64,000 nucleotides of DNA from Squalus acanthias (taxonomy: Eukaryota), in NCBI GenBank assembly GCA_030390025.1, contig CM059432.1, positions 101,186,001 through 101,250,000 of the forward strand. The letters are read 5' to 3'. The translations under genes were made by a program, and so were the position numbers. A model generated the notes under the pieces. That model was not told the DNA's origin, made no database searches, and saw only the letters and a list, made by a program, of their open reading frames with translations. Shown piece after piece: positions 63,802 to 64,000 of the stretch; the stretch's first letter is position 1, and every line of letters begins with the position of its first letter.

Positions 63802-63837
63802 GTTCTGACGAAGGGTCATTGACCTGAAACATTAACT
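63802..63837 (+). ncRNA. Minimal type I hammerhead ribozyme motif (probably decayed)
   Basis: GTT-CTGACGA-A-GGGTC-ATT-GACCT-GAAA-CATT-AAC: conserved core boxes, 5-bp stem II, short stem I GTT/AAC; helix III reads ACAT rather than palindromic ACGT. Confidence 0.72.
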
Positions 63838-63934
63838 CTGTTTCTCTCTCCACAGAGGCTGCCTGACCTGCTGAGTATTTCCAGCATTTTCTGTTTTTAT
63901 TTCAGATTTCCAGCATCCGCAGTATTTTGCTTTT
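63806..63934 (+). mobile_element. About 130-bp Penelope-like pLTR insert
   Basis: 19-bp direct repeat GCAAAATTCTAATTTGTTC (63787-63805, 63935-63953); internal CTCTCTCCACAG and TTTATTTCAG acceptor-like sites. Confidence 0.82.
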
Positions 63935-64000
63935 GCAAAATTCTAATTTGTTCATTTGTATCAAGATTGGTGTAACTCTATATCTGTAATTAATTAGAGG

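Noticed and set aside
1..64000. LINE strand bias as evidence for the orientation of a host gene
   Set aside because: Minus-strand copies are longer, but plus and minus fragment counts are similar

Overview
Eukaryotic, repeat-dense non-coding DNA. The repeat repertoire (shark-type CR1 and L2 LINEs, tRNA-headed Deu-domain SINEs of the SacSINE1 type, Penelope fragments) points to a cartilaginous fish; this is an inference. I recognised no host protein-coding exon with confidence, so the window is probably intronic or intergenic. All long ORFs are retroelement ORF2 pieces: one 5'-truncated but uninterrupted CR1 ORF2 (32899-35391) and a second CR1 RT ORF (about 10889-12533). The most notable content is a PIF/Harbinger DNA-transposon system: (i) a decayed two-gene element with a spliced Myb/SANT gene convergent with a HARBI1-type DDE transposase (18664-22908); (ii) internally deleted derivatives; (iii) about a dozen non-autonomous elements with degenerate GG(G/C)NNNRAWTT-like termini and mostly 3-bp TSDs. 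Several of these are built from serial hairpins, inverted TTGACAG/CTGTCAA motifs and clustered GTAAGT splice-donor-like sites. Also present are two tiny TSD-flanked Penelope-derived inserts that each begin at a minimal hammerhead-ribozyme core, a hAT MITE, an LTR-like fragment and several multi-level nested insertions. All calls were made by eye; no database search was run, and boundaries without a TSD are approximate.
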